From: Camelus dromedarius
Lineage: Eukaryota
Reading direction: 5' to 3'
Assembly: GCF_036321535.1 (NCBI RefSeq)
Contig: NC_087436.1
Coordinates: 80,540,001-80,604,000 of the forward strand
DNA length: 64,000 nt
Positions within the stretch are counted from its first letter, which is position 1; the number at the start of each line of letters is the position of its first letter. Both the position numbers and the translations under genes were made by a program. The notes under the pieces are model-generated. The model was not told the origin of the DNA. It did no database searches and was given only the letters and a program-made list of their open reading frames with translations. Positions 25,401 through 38,746 of the stretch are shown in pieces.

Positions 25401-26165
25401 GAAAAAAAGAAGTTAAATTTTAAAAAGTCAGGATTTCAGCACCAAAATGTAAGGAGCCTAGAAGTCATCACTCCTGTGCTTACGTAAGAAACAGCTGAAT
25501 AAACTGGAAACGAAGGACTTTCCTCAAACCCTCAGGGAACTGAGGCTGCAAGGCAAAGTAATCCCTGAAATCTGGAGAGACAGGCAAGTCCAGAAAGTTA
25601 CAGCTGAAATATGCTTATCTAGAATAGAAAGCCCTGGAGCCATAAACTGGTGCGGACACTTAAATGTAAGTATAAAGAGCTGCTACGGGCTCAAGAGTGG
25701 ACACGCATGAGAGGGTGAAGCTCCTGGGGGCCATAGTCTCCAGGCTCTCAGCACAACTTTCCTAGGCTGGGCTTCCAGGAACCCCACCAGATTCTCACAG
25801 AGAAGATCTGGGAAAGATCCCCTCTTGGCTCTGGCAGAGGGAGGGGAAGAGTAATTACTGTGAAATGTTCCCAGAGCAAACTCCACAATAAAGGCCTGTT
25901 CTCCAGGGTGGAAAAATGTATCTTAGTTCATCTCACCTGAGGGAAGGGCATCCTTCCCACTCCAACCCCCTACCCACTCCCAGCGTTCCAGTCTCACCTA
26001 AGGGGTGGGGGGTGCTGTTGGCTGAGAGAAGAAACAGCCCAAGGGAAACACTTGGGAAGGTCACAGCCCAGAGTCACAGGCCCACTAAAACACTGACTTT
26101 TAATCATAAGATTATAAAACAGTTCCCCTCTTCCACACTTAACAACCACACCAACCATGCTCTAA

Positions 26166-26305
26166 GGAAAGGATATAGCTCAAGGGGTAGAGCGTATGCT
26201 TAGCAAGCATGAGGTCCTGGGTTCAATCTGCAGTATCTCCTCTAAAAATAAATAAGTAAATCTAACTACCTACCCCTCTAAAAAATTGTTTTTTAAAAAG
26301 AAAAA
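26166..26305 (+). mobile_element. tRNA-Ala-derived SINE (camelid type)
   Basis: ggatatagctcaaggggtagagcgtatgcttagcaagcatgaggtcctgggttcaatc, with the same tail as the copy at 6785. Confidence 0.88.
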
Positions 26306-26309
26306 TTTA

Positions 26310-26437
26310 TGTTCATGTATGATATATATGTATGTTCATGTATTACTGAAGCATTATGCTGTACACCAGAAATTAACACAACGTTGTAAACTGACTAAAC
26401 TTCAATAAAAATACATTTATACAAAAAAAAAAAAGAA
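26310..26437 (+). mobile_element. Young L1 3' end with poly-A
   Basis: cattatgctgtacaccagaaattaacacaac...cttcaataaaa followed by an A run. Confidence 0.8.
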
Positions 26438-27062
26438 ATGATAAAAATCAAAAGCACTGTAACAGATATGAAGAATGCTTTGATGAGCTCAACTGCAGAC
26501 TGGTTATGGCCAAGGAAAGGATTAGTGAGCCTGGAGATAAATCAACAGAAGCTTCCAGGAGAAGAGAGACTAGACCAGTGGTATATTTGAAGTAACAATG
26601 TTTAAGAACTTTAAATTTAATGACAGACATTAAACCACAGATACCAAAAGCTCAGAGACTATCAAACAAGATTAAATACCTAAAAGACTACATTTAGGCA
26701 TTTCATATTCAAACTATAGAAAGTCAAAAATAAAGAGAGAATCTGGAAAGGGAGTGAGTTAAGAAGGGTGAGGGAAGGAGAAACACTTTACCTATGAAAG
26801 ATCAGGAACGAACATTACAGTGGACTTCTCATCCAAAGCATGCAGACATGAAGAGAATGGAGGGAAATATTTGAAGTGTTGAAAGAAAAACCTACCAGCC
26901 TAGAATTCTATATTTAATAAAATTATCCTTCAAAAGTGAAAGAAGAATAAAGAATTTCTCAGAAAATCAAAAAATGTGGAAATTTATTGTGAGGCGACCT
27001 GCCATGAGAGAAATATTAAAAGTTGTTCAGGGAGAGAAAAATGACATAGGTCAGAAATTGTA

Positions 27063-27362
27063 CAGGCATAATGTGTTTTACTGCACTTCACTGATTGTGT
27101 TTTTCCTAACTGAAGGTCTGTGGCAACCCTATGTTGTTGGTTATGGTTAGCATCTTTTAGCAATAAAGTATTTTTTAATTAAGGTATGTACATTGTTTTT
27201 CTTGATATAATGCTATTGCATGCTTAACAGGCTATACTACAGTGTAAAAATAACTTTCACATGTGCTGGGGAACCAAAACCTTCATGTGACTTGCTCTAT
27301 TGCAATACTCACTTCATTAAGGTGGTTTGGACCAAATTGGCAGTACCTCCAGGGTAAGCCTG
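27063..27362 (-). mobile_element. Internally deleted Tigger1 (Tc-Mariner) element
   Basis: Termini ta|caggcata ... taagcctg. Internal tgaaggtctgtggcaaccct and gaaccaaaac...tgtgacttgctctattgcaata match the two Tigger1 ends. Confidence 0.8.
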
Positions 27363-28918
27363 TTATGTAACTAAGAGAAGGCTGTCAGAGAAGGAATAAA
27401 TGAAGTTAAAATAAAAATTGTTATTATCCTTAACTGATTTAAAAGATTGTTTTTAAAGTAAGAGTAGCAATAATGTATTGGGTGATTATAGTTTATGAAT
27501 CAGTGAGATGAATAACAGCAATCTCACAAGGAGTTGGGATTACTTTTAAAAGATACACATATTCTACTCGAGTTATTTGAAGGCAGACCAAAATTTGTAG
27601 GAAATGTACACTCTAGGGCAACCACTAAAAAGTTTAATTGATACACAAAGAGAGGAGACAGAAGGAAATCATGTAAAATGCTCAGTTAAAGCCAGAGAAG
27701 ACAGAAGGACAGTGGGGGAAAAGAATAACAAATGCAACAAATAGGGAAGTTATAAACATGACAGATTTTAATCTCACTGTATCAACAATCACTTTAAATG
27801 TGAATAGTCTAAATGCACCAATTAAAAGACACAATGTCAGAATGGATTAAAAAAACACATCTCAATAGTGTTTACAAGAAAGCCACTTTAAATAATCAGG
27901 CTGAAAGTAAAGAAACGGAGAAAGGTGCATCATGCTGAAGCCAATGAAGTAAAGCTGGAGTGGCTACATTAACTTTAGACAACACGACTTTTCCTTATAA
28001 CAAGGGAAGCCATCAGGGATAGGGAGGAGCATTACATACGGACAGAAAGTTCAATTCTCTAAGACTTAGCAATCCTTAACATATGTAAGCCTAATGTGAG
28101 TATTCACCTATATGAGGCAAAAACTGATAGGACTGAAGGAAGAAAAAGACAAACCCACTATTGGAGTTGGAGACAGCAACAGCTCTCATGCCATAACTGA
28201 CAGATCAAGTGTGCAGGAAATCAATACAGACACAGTTTGCTGAACAGTACTATCAATCAACCAGAACTACAGCTGACATTTATGGAACACTCCATCCAGC
28301 CACAGCAGAACACACATTCTTCTCAAACTCACGTGGAACACTCACCAAGACAGGTAACACACTGGGCCATAAACACACCTTAACAAATTCAAAAGAACGG
28401 AAATCATACAAAATGTGCTCTCCGATCACAATGGAGTTAAACAGGAAATCAGTAACAAAAGACAGCTGGAAAAGCCCCAAACATTTGGAAATTAAACATG
28501 TATCTAAAAAACAAGTCAAAGAAGTGTCAAGAGATTTTAAAATATTTTAAACTAAATGAAAATATAACTTATCAAAATGTGTAAAATGCAGTGAAAAACG
28601 TTCTTTCTTAGAGGGACATCTGTAGCACCAACTGCATATATCACAAAAGAATAAAGATTTTTAAATAGCCTGACTTTCTACCTTAGGAAACAAGGGGAAA
28701 AAAAAGAGCAATTTAAGCCTAAAGAAGGCAAAAGGAAAGAAATAACAAATTAGGGCAACAAATCAATGAAACTAAAAACATGAGAACAGAGAAAATCAAG
28801 AAAACCAAAACCTGGTTCTATGAAACGATGGATAAAATTATTCTCAATCTCACTACCATCACTGGTAGCGCTGTCTTGAGTGCATCTTCCCTACAGCTCC
28901 TCAGTTTTTTTCTGAAAA

Positions 28919-29010
28919 CCAAAGTAGATACCATATCACTTTTCTGATTTAAAACCTCTGCTGACCAAAGTAGATACCATATCACTTTTCTGATTTAAAA
29001 CCTCTGCTGA
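28919..29010. repeat. Perfect 46-bp tandem duplication
   Basis: ccaaagtagataccatatcacttttctgatttaaaacctctgctga occurs at 28919-28964 and again at 28965-29010. Confidence 0.97.
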
Positions 29011-29374
29011 TTCCCTATTGCCTAAGAATAAACCAAAGTACCTTAATCTACTATCTAAACTCTTAGACCCTCTGGCCCCATTTATGATTACAGACTCTTC
29101 TCTCACTAGGCCACCTGTTTCACTCTAAATTCTGCTGCACTGAAAGTATCTCCCAGCCTTCTTGGGTTCTTGAGCACTTTGTGTATTTGTGTCGTGTACT
29201 TTCTGCCAAGGACGCCCCCCCCTCTTCTACTTCTCCTTAGGGCTTAGAGCTAAGCTCTAAGGTCACTTTCTCAGAGAAGTCTTTCCCAAACCTCCAGGCG
29301 GAATTTGTTGCTGTATCTTACACCATGGTACTTCAGTTATAGTCTGGTATAAAATATTCATCACTGAGAGAGAC

Positions 29375-29600
29375 CATATAGCACTGTGGTTACACAGGCT
29401 TTGCAACTAGTTACCTGGATTCAAATCTTAGCTGCACCATTTACCAGCTGTTGTACCTTCAGCAGGTCAGTCACCGTCTTTGTGCATCAGATTTCTCATG
29501 TGTGAGAAGAGAGTAACTTCCAAAACCAACCTCAGAGTGGTCTTCTGGTGTAATTCAAAAACGAGGCACTACTCAGCACTTGTGCACAGTAACCGACAGC
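29375..29600 (+). mobile_element. MIR
   Basis: cctggattcaaatcttagctgcaccatttaccagctg...tgtgcatcagatttctcat matches the MIR core. Confidence 0.7.
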
Positions 29601-30129
29601 TATTACTACTGCTATTCTGCTGTAACACAGACCAATTAGTGGTTATTTATTCCCATTAACTTGTAATTTCTTCAATGGTGGGAACCAAATCTTACTTAAC
29701 TTTGTATCCTTAGTTCATAGTAAGTGATGGGTGAATAAATGTCATACACCTACTATATAGTAGTAGTAGATTTTATGTGCAGACATTCTGAATTCTGGAT
29801 GTGTAGGTTTACTATTCCTGATAAAAAATTACATGTTACATGTAAAATTTTGTAAAACTTACAATTTACGCATCCTAGTTCTCATCCTATAGAAAGTCTT
29901 CATAGTTTGTAAACATTGAAGTTCTTAAACATCTCCAGAAAAGAAATTATACTGACAACCATTTATTCTTAATTGAAAAGTCACCTAGGTGCTTAAAGAT
30001 TATTTCTTTCTGCTTAATTATCAGTATCCCTTATTAAATTATGAATTCCCTGAAAGCAGGCTATGCTTTCCAAGTTCTTAACACCTAGCCAAGGATTTAG
30101 TACAGAACTAAAAGAAACAAATGAATGTG

Positions 30130-30530
30130 GCAGTGATTCCCACCACTTTCAGGGAAAGTCGAACCATGGCTCTTCATTATCTGGCCCCTAGATCTAACCC
30201 TATTCACCTCCCACCTTTCCTCTTTATTCCACACATACTTTGTCTCCTGCAGGTCTCCCTGCTAAGCCTTCACAGTTCTGTGCCTTCATATACCCCCATA
30301 TAATCCTGTGCATATCTTTATCATAGCATTTCTCCCCATGTTATGTAACTTATTTTATTTGTCTTTTTTCCAACACTGGACAAGTAATATAAGATTATGG
30401 AAGGCAGAGATCATGCCTTTATGCAACTCCTTCCCTCAATGTCTAACACAGTGCCTGGTAAATAAGGCACAGGCAATACATGATTAACAAATGAGTAAAA
30501 AGTGATCAATGAAAGTTGAGAAGATGAATG
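30130..30530 (+). mobile_element. L2 3' end
   Basis: gaaggcagagatcatg...gtctaacacagtgcctggta...gaatgaat. Confidence 0.65.
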
Positions 30531-33500
30531 AATTAGAGGCAGCTCAAGCCAAAGATAAGTTAAGATAAGGAATTTAGAGAAAATTTTAAATTATCTGTTT
30601 ATTTAAAAAGGCTTAGAAGGCAACTTTGATCTTTATGATTTGTTTGAATTCAATTTTATTACTTGAAAAAACAATAAACCATTACCATATGACCATTTTT
30701 TTGTTGGGAGGTGTTAAGTACCCCATAGTGTTTTCTGTTTGTTTTTAATTCAGGAAAAACTGGTACAAATTTAGAAAGAACTATCAACATAGAGGCAGGG
30801 GCAGAAGCAAGAAAAAAAAAAAATCACTACTAATAGTTAGGTTTGGTTGGTAAGCTGATGATGGCAAAACAAAAAGCAATAAGCCAGAATCCTCCACAGG
30901 GAATTGGTGCATCAACAGCAAACTGAGGACGAGGAACATCCAAAAGGAGTCAGCCTCCCAGTATCGACAACAAACCATCACAGAATGAGCTGGAATATAT
31001 GCTGTGGTCTGAAAGCAATGAAAGGAAAACAACAAATGCAAAAGACTGGGCAGAATTATATTAGTAAATCCTCACAAATGAAAAAATATATAAAATAATG
31101 ATACCAACAAAAATAATAAAGGAAAGGTAAATGTTGGCTTCTTCAAGACTGATTATACAGTAATGAAGGTTTAAACTGTGAATTCCTATACTTTTATTTT
31201 TCAGAAAACATTTAAACATCTAAAAATCAGTGTCATCATATATCACGTTGTACTAACTGGAATTACCCAGCTTGCTCATTTGCCATAGTTTCCAAACTTC
31301 CTCCAAAATAACTCCTACCAACTACTAAATATCAAATCCTTTCAAAAAGACTGAAAATTCACCACTAATAATCAAAAGAATGCACTGTGTACTCTGCAGC
31401 TGATTACGGGGAAACAATTCTAAAAAGATCTGAGCAACAGCATTGTTGAAATTTAATTTCTTAAGTGCCTGCCTACTCTATGCAAGTCATTGTGGGATTA
31501 CCAACTCCAGTTTTTCCCCTCTAGGGTGTGGTTATTTTTCCCTAAAATTCCAAACAGATCAGTATATAACGTTCCTTAAAAGTGACACGATTGCCTGTAA
31601 TGAGAGAGTCAAAACTCTTTGCAAGGTATAAAAGGCTCTTCAAAATTTGTTGTGCATCTAATTTTGAAGCTCTGTCTTCTGCAATATTCCTCCTCTCAGT
31701 CTCTGCTCACACCACATCACCTAACTGCTCTTCCCTGAACAGGCCATGCAATTTCAAACTCTTGATGCTTTTCCCACATGGTCTTTCCTCTCCCTGAAAT
31801 GGCCTCCTCAGTTTTTTTTTTTTTTTTTTTTTTTTTACTGCCTGGCAGCCTATAATGGATAGTTCTTGACCTTACTTAATCCCCAAACAATTTAAACCCA
31901 GCTCCACGTTAGCAACTTGATCATTGATTCAAAGAAATATTTATATTTATCAAGGCCCTCCCCGCCCCACCTGAATCTGTTCCAGCCACCTGGCTCTGCT
32001 TTCAGTAGCTTATATTCACCATGTCCTTAACCACCAAAGCAATTAAGACATTAATTTGAAAAACAAAACTTCTTAAATATTTAGAAGAATATGTTGGAAG
32101 GTATCTTTATAACCCCAGAGAAAGGAAGAATGTCCAAAAAAAAAAAACCCCAAAACAAAAAACTACACACTCACACAATTGACCTCATCTTAATTAAAAA
32201 CTTCTGTACACAAAGTCAACAGAAAGTAAACACAAGCCACAAATAGGGAACAAAATATCTGCAACACCTAAAATGAACAACAAAGCATAAAATATGTAAA
32301 GAATGGCTACAAATCAATGAAAGAGCAACAAACCACCCAATAGAAAAATGGACAAAAGACAATCATTTCACAAAAAAGAAAAACGACCACACTATGTCAA
32401 AGGCTGCGTGGCCTCATCAGTAATAAAGGGAATGGAAATTAATATGCAATTTTCCTGTCTGCTGTTTGTTCCCTTTTCTAAGAACGTCTGTTCACTTACC
32501 CTGTGTGTACGTCTGTACCATTCCTATCATCCATTCACCCCAAATCCACAAATACTCATTCTCATCACCTAGAAAAGCATGCACTTGGTATCCACATCAA
32601 GCCTCTCCACGACTGTTGTACTGACAGTCAACACTCAGCAACCTAGTCTGATCCCAACTGAGGCTATTTGTCAACCCAGGCCAGGTACAGTAAAGACATT
32701 CAGAATTTACGGAGGAGGGTATCTCCAGTGAACAGGCAGCTCCACCTCCATTCCTTGAAAATGAATCTAATGTGAGGTCAGTGACCTGTGTTTTTCATAC
32801 TCAACTTTTTAGTGTTTGCCAAAGCACCTGACACGCTGAAGGTAATTAATAAATGTATTATGGATGGCTGGATGGATGAAACGAGGTAGGAAATCTTCCT
32901 GCTGATAACTTATTTGTTAAGTTTTCCATAAACTCCTCTATAAAAATTATTTTAAATACTCTTTATAAATTTTAAATAGAGGTATATGAATGAAAACAAT
33001 TAGGAGATTTATGAAAGGAAATCCTTTTAAAGAAACATACCTTAAAATATCAAAGATGGTACTGATACAAACTTGAAGGGAAAAAAATTACTAGTTACTG
33101 GACATAACTGTTTGCTAAGCAGAATATTACTCTCATATTTTTGGCATTAGATCTTTTATAAATGAAACACAACAATGGGTTTACAGTCTCGTGGCTGGGG
33201 GGTACAGGTACATTCTCACTGAAAGGGATAAGAAGCCTACATTTCTCTATTTTTCCACCACAGCAAAACATAAGAATGACTACCACAAATAGCCATGTCC
33301 TAATTACATCATTTCACTGTTGATCACATGTAGCCTATTTTAAAAAATGCCTTTGGGGAAGAATGAGAGGAGAAATGCTATTCTTACCAGCTAGCTACTT
33401 AATACATTTTGTAAGTCCACCCGAAATAGTAACAGTAATGTTTAAGATATACTGCCCTTTATTCTTGTGAAGTAAGTTACTACAGTGAATAATTTTGCAT

Positions 33501-34283
33501 AATACAGCCCAGTTTACCATATTTGTCTCACAGTACCCTCATGCTCCTCTTAGAAGGAATGTCAGGTAATAAAACACATGAGATACTCCCTTGATAAACT
33601 GGCACAGACCCCCTGATGCTGATGAGACGATGATTTCCTTATTTACTTTTTTAGCATTTCATAATAAAGCCTAACATTACTATGGGGAACAACCTAAAAA
33701 AGTACTGATTTTTACTTCAGGACCAGAGGATCAAGCACACCCAGCTATTATTCTCAATTCTGCTCCTCTTATATTTTACAATTACTATCTCAACTAGAGC
33801 TGAGAGATAAGGGTAAGAAAGGCTGTACCAGTAAAATCTCCTAGTTCAGATTTTTGCTAGCAGGTTTAGCATTTGGAGGTTAAAAAAAATATAACCTAGT
33901 TATCTTACTTTACATGTCTAGGCTTTTGAATATAATTGCTTAAACAAAAAATATAAGCTATAAGAAATAAATTTTTCTGTAAGTGAAGAGTATAAAGTTT
34001 CATTTTGTTAACCAAATTTCCCCTATAAAGTACATATAACATTCTAAAATTTACAATTTGTATTAAGCAAAATTTTCTAGGTTGAGAACAGCAGCATGCA
34101 GACTTGGTATTCAAGAAAAGAGATTATTTTTCAGCTTTAATTTTCCTTTTGAAATTACTTTAAGGAAAGCTATTCTATGGTCAAAACTGAGTCATTCCAA
34201 GACATGTAGTTGATTTTGGTTTATGCATAAATTTATGTTCCTAGTAGAACACATATTAATTCATTAAAAAATATGGAGAGCTA

Positions 34284-34390
34284 GTGGGGAGGGTACAGCT
34301 CAGTGGTATAGCACATGCTTAGCTGCAAGAGGTCCTAGGTTCAATCCCCAGCACCTCCACTAAAAATAAATAAATAAGTAGACCTAATTA

Positions 34391-34438
<48 letters not shown>
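34284..34438 (+). mobile_element. tRNA-Ala-derived SINE (camelid type) with a (CA)n tail
   Basis: ggggagggtacagctcagtggta...ggttcaatcccca. Perfect 14-bp TSD aatatggagagcta at 34270-34283 and 34439-34452. About (CA)24 at 34392-34439. Confidence 0.93.
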
Positions 34439-34441
<3 letters not shown>

Positions 34442-34949
34442 ATGGAGAGCTATACCAATTTTGATTACTTGAAATATTTGGCCTGGTTTTTCAAAGTAAT
34501 GATTACTAAAATGAAACTGACTATTACTATTCCAGGCTTAAAAAAATCTTCACTTACCTTTAATTTCTGAATTATTAAATTTTATACCATTTAATATACA
34601 CTCAAACTTCAGACAAGATAACAACTCATTTAATTTCAAATCCAGATTTCCCCTAAGAAGCAAAATTTAACACTTTAAACAAAATGGGACAAAAAAAGAG
34701 ACCTGTGAACAATTATATCTAATTACATTTTTTAAAATAGATTTCAAATTCTAATACAATAATATTTAAAGAAACTGATCAAGAATTTTTAATACTTATG
34801 TTTTAAGGACCATAATGATTACTAGTTTAAGTGTTAAACATAACATAAATGTCTTTAAGGAATATAAGAGGTAACAATGAAACTTTTTGAAAAGTCATGA
34901 CACTTGAAAATTAACTTCTATATTTTAAAATTTTAAAGATAACCCTCCA

Positions 34950-36050
34950 CAAAATCATTGTAATAAAACCAGGGGCTGATAAACATAAGATCAAACAAAC
35001 CAGGGCACAGATGAGAGCTCAGAAACAGACCCTTAAATGTAGTAGGAACCTAACACTTGATTAAAGGTCACAAAAAGGGTGTGATTGTTATAAGATGATA
35101 TTGGAAAGTGACTCACTCTTATTATAAAATAGCCTCCTACCTTCAGCCACATAAAGGTGGGTAAAACTATAAAGTTAAGAGAGGAAAATCTATGAAGATA
35201 CCTTTAGGAATCAGGTAAGAATTTCTTAAGCATATATTCAGAGCTGCACACCATACGCAAAAATAAAATGAATGTGATTACATCAAAGTTAAATATTTTG
35301 GCTCAGCAAAGAACATTGTGAATCAAGCAAAAACTGAGGTAACACAATGGGAGAAGATACCTGAAATGTCTAAAACTAAAAGGTTTATAATTTAGAATTT
35401 ACAAGAAATTTCCAAATCAGCAAGAAAAACACAGCAATCCCGATTTTAAAAGATATGAGCAACAAAACTAGAAGGCCATCAAACATATATCAAGAGATAT
35501 TTTAATTTACTCAGTAATCAAAGAAATGTAGACTAAAATATGGAAATGCCACTTTACCCCTATTAGATTAGCAACAAGCAGAAAGCTGGAAAATGCCCCG
35601 TGTTCTTGGAGATGTGGACACGACCCACACACGTGACTGATGGGAAAACAGCCAGGTAGAAGATCTAAAGGACAGTGTGCATTATTATTCAGCCTTGCGT
35701 TCTGCTCCTCAGCAGATAAGCCAAAGAAATTCGTAGGGGTGAGGACTTGTAAATGGATGTTTTCTGAATTGTTTTTTTGTGGTGACTGGGGTCTTGAAGG
35801 TTATTTAGAGGTTCTATCACTAAGAAAGTGAATTAGTAAAACAGGGTTGATACACATTCACATTCATTTAAAAGTATATATTTCATATAGATGCATCTTA
35901 AAAACACAGTGATGAGTGAAAGGAACCAAGAAATAGGATGAAATAAACAGACAATACCAGTTCTTGAAAATTAGAAATACATGCACACAAAACAAATATT
36001 ATGCAAGAACACACACTAAAGAACAACAACACTAAATGCTTCAGAAGGGT
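34950..36050 (+). mobile_element. Ancient L1 (L1ME-like) ORF2 3' end and UTR
   Basis: gagagctcagaaacagaccc...ctcagtaatcaaagaaatgtagactaaa...ccactttacccctattagattagcaa. Confidence 0.65.
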
Positions 36051-37519
36051 TGTGCCGGTCCCTCATTAACTGTACAGTTCTTTAAAGGAAATAATTACTT
36101 TGCAATACTTTTAAATTTAGTTAAACTAGGCCCAACAAATCACTGTTTTATAAGAATTATGTATTACATTAGACAATTAAAATTACTTAAATAACCACTA
36201 TTTCATCTTTTAAAGCACTCTCAATTAAACCATATTTAAATCAGATACAAGTAGGTATTTTTTTCTAAAGTGATTCCTAGCTATTCCTCAATTTGACCTT
36301 TTTATTCCTCTGACATTAAAAAATTCCCTTAAAGTTAAACTTTATCTGCTCTGCAAGTAACAAGAAAAAAACTTGTATCTGTAGGAATATTTGGCTGAAA
36401 GTTTTTTTTTTTTTTAAACATTTGTGACTATTAGAATAGCACAAACAAAATAAAGTCCAGATAGATTTCTCCCTTCTCTTGGGGAGAAGGGAATAACTCT
36501 CTTGGCCAGTAATGGTAACTTGCCATGTATAATAAACTATAAGAAAATGAGACCTGGCTCAGAGAGGGAAGAGCCAAACCAGTCAACGTCCCTCAGATCC
36601 AGAGATTTTCAGTACCAGAGGGGAATAAAAAGGAAATAAAACTGGGTTATTATATCAAAATAAATCATGCAGCTTTTAATAATAAAATAAATCTGAGCTT
36701 CTTCCAATCCTCAGACAAGCCTACCTATGGTCTCCATCAAAAGAAAATCACACTGGGAACACCACAATGGTTCTGTAGTATTATAACCTAGACTTGGCTT
36801 AATAAAAGAGAGCAACTTTCAATTAGCATTCTGTAGTTATTAGAATTTGGCCATAATCTGCCACCATTTCTAAGAAATTATGGCTCGGGATAATGACTTT
36901 CGTACTATAATATTCTGAATCAAGAGTAAATTATAAATGTAAGCCACGGTTGTTCTAGGGAGACCCCTGGGATATAGTGGTAAATATCAACAACTAGCAC
37001 ATGTGACACTTACCATTTTACCATTTGTTATGAAATAACAACTCTTTTAAGGTATCTGGTTTCATGGAGCTTAGAGTCTGGGTGTGATATAAGTGTTACA
37101 TACTATACCAGGGAAGCACAAGACCCTGGGGGAAACCTAATCTAGCTGCAGAGTGGCAGGGCTGTGGGAAGGAAGAGTGTCGAAGAAGATTATGTACATT
37201 AAAAATACATTCAACAACAGACCCAAAAAAAAAAAAAAAAAAAAAAAACCCGAATGGACTTCACTGGCCCATCCACAGGCTGTTCTAGTCAATCAGGCTT
37301 TTGCAGCTTTGTTCTCTGCATGTTAATTCTTCACATGCAAACTTTTCTACACATGATTTGTAATCAGTTTTTCCAAGTGAAAAATACCAGCCATTCTGCC
37401 CTTGAATCACTTTAAGAGTCTAAAGGGAAAGCGTGAGCAATTAGCAGCCAGGGCTGGAGTTAATCCCTAAGGAACTCTTGTTTCCAGCCTCTGTGTCAGG
37501 TTTTGTCTAGGAAATAGTC

Positions 37520-37720
37520 AGGATCCACGGCCACATACAATGCTAGGTATTTTCACAGAAATGTATTCGTTCATTTCCTACCATAAGTGGTACAATGCCT
37601 ACTTTACAGATGAAACTGAAGTTCAGAGAGGTTAAAGCAACTTGCCAAGAAGACCCTTAACATTAGCATTAGCTGAAATTTGAACTCAAGACACATAACT
37701 CCAAGACCAGTGCTATTTTT
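37520..37720 (-). mobile_element. MIR
   Basis: tttacagatgaaactgaagttcagagaggttaaagcaacttgcc...tttgaactcaag. Confidence 0.7.
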
Positions 37721-38537
37721 ATTAAATGGAAATTGTCTCTTTGTCTTTATGAAATAATTTTGTTTATGAAAGCAACTGTGTTTTTATTTTCTAGCTATTT
37801 CTAGCAATGACAGTACTATTTGTTCTTCTCTAAAAACATTTGGACAAAATTATCCCAAGTATTTTTGTTCCTAAGAAGTTAAAAAAAAAAAAAAAGAACA
37901 TAAAACTCATGTTTACTCTGTGTATATTCCACCAAGGGTGTAACCAGACTGGCAGCAAGAAATACAATTCATGTGTGTAATATCTAGGCTGAGAATTCTT
38001 AGTACCTTAAGACACGTCCGATAGATAAGGGAAATGTTAGATACACCAAACTATACTTTCTTTATCTTTGAGTTTCCTGTTCTCTTTAGCTCAAGTCTTT
38101 CCCAATCCTCACACCATACACTCAACCACATAACCCCAAGTAAGGAATAATATTCAGAATGCTAAGGAAATAATTTCCTGGCAGAATTTATCAAAGTAAA
38201 TTACAAATAAAAGTATTACTAGCAATTAAAGACAATAATGTATTATGCAATTTAACATGTTCCAAGCAAATTTTCCATTAAAGAAAAATAATGAGATAAT
38301 CATCTTAGGAAAAACTGACTACAACATCAACAGAAACTATTCATCTTATTACTCTGTGAATAAAATATAAATTAAATAAAATGTACTTTTATATTATTTT
38401 TATGAAGTGATCACTTTTGACTTAAAGGGAAGTTCGGATTTCATGGAGTCTTTTCCTGCATATTCACTGTAAACGGAAACGCCCACTCTTCCTGCCTCGT
38501 CTAGGGTTCCTTACCTTGTTCTCAGGCTCAGCTAAGG

Positions 38538-38746
38538 AGTGGGGTGGATCCAGTCCACACCAGCACAGTGGCTCAATTTTCAGAACTTGCAGAAAGCCAG
38601 ATGTCAGACCATTAACAGCCTGAAACCAGCCATGGTGAGACCATTTATACCAAAGAAATCAACAAATACCAAAAATAGGGGGCCCTTGGTTTTGGTCCCC
38701 CAGCCCCCGAATAGTCGGCTGTTAAACATTCATCAGCACACCACCA
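38538..38746. mobile_element. hAT fossil (MER63-like)
   Basis: tgaaaccagccatggtgagaccatttatac...gttaaacattcatcagcacaccac resembles the recalled consensus. Confidence 0.5.

Larger units (their letters stand above)
25420..28840 (+). mobile_element. Old L1 5' half (5' UTR, ORF1, ORF2 endonuclease region), degraded, with nested insertions
   Basis: ORF1 motif cctagaattctatat...aattatccttcaaaagtgaa and ORF2 start atcaacaatcactttaaatgtgaat. ORF 28209-28550 (DIYGTLHPATAEHTFFSNSRGT) matches the L1 endonuclease C-terminal region. Confidence 0.88.

Noticed and set aside
28209..28550. Possible functional L1 ORF2 (also 55865-56206)
   Set aside because: Frameshifted, truncated remnants with no intact reverse transcriptase.
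34552..34561. Strong donor-like AAG|GTAAGTG on the minus strand, and others near 42331, 51349 and 54019, as candidate 5' UTR exon ends
   Set aside because: I could not pair them convincingly with an acceptor or recognise the UTR sequence. Such motifs are common in long introns.
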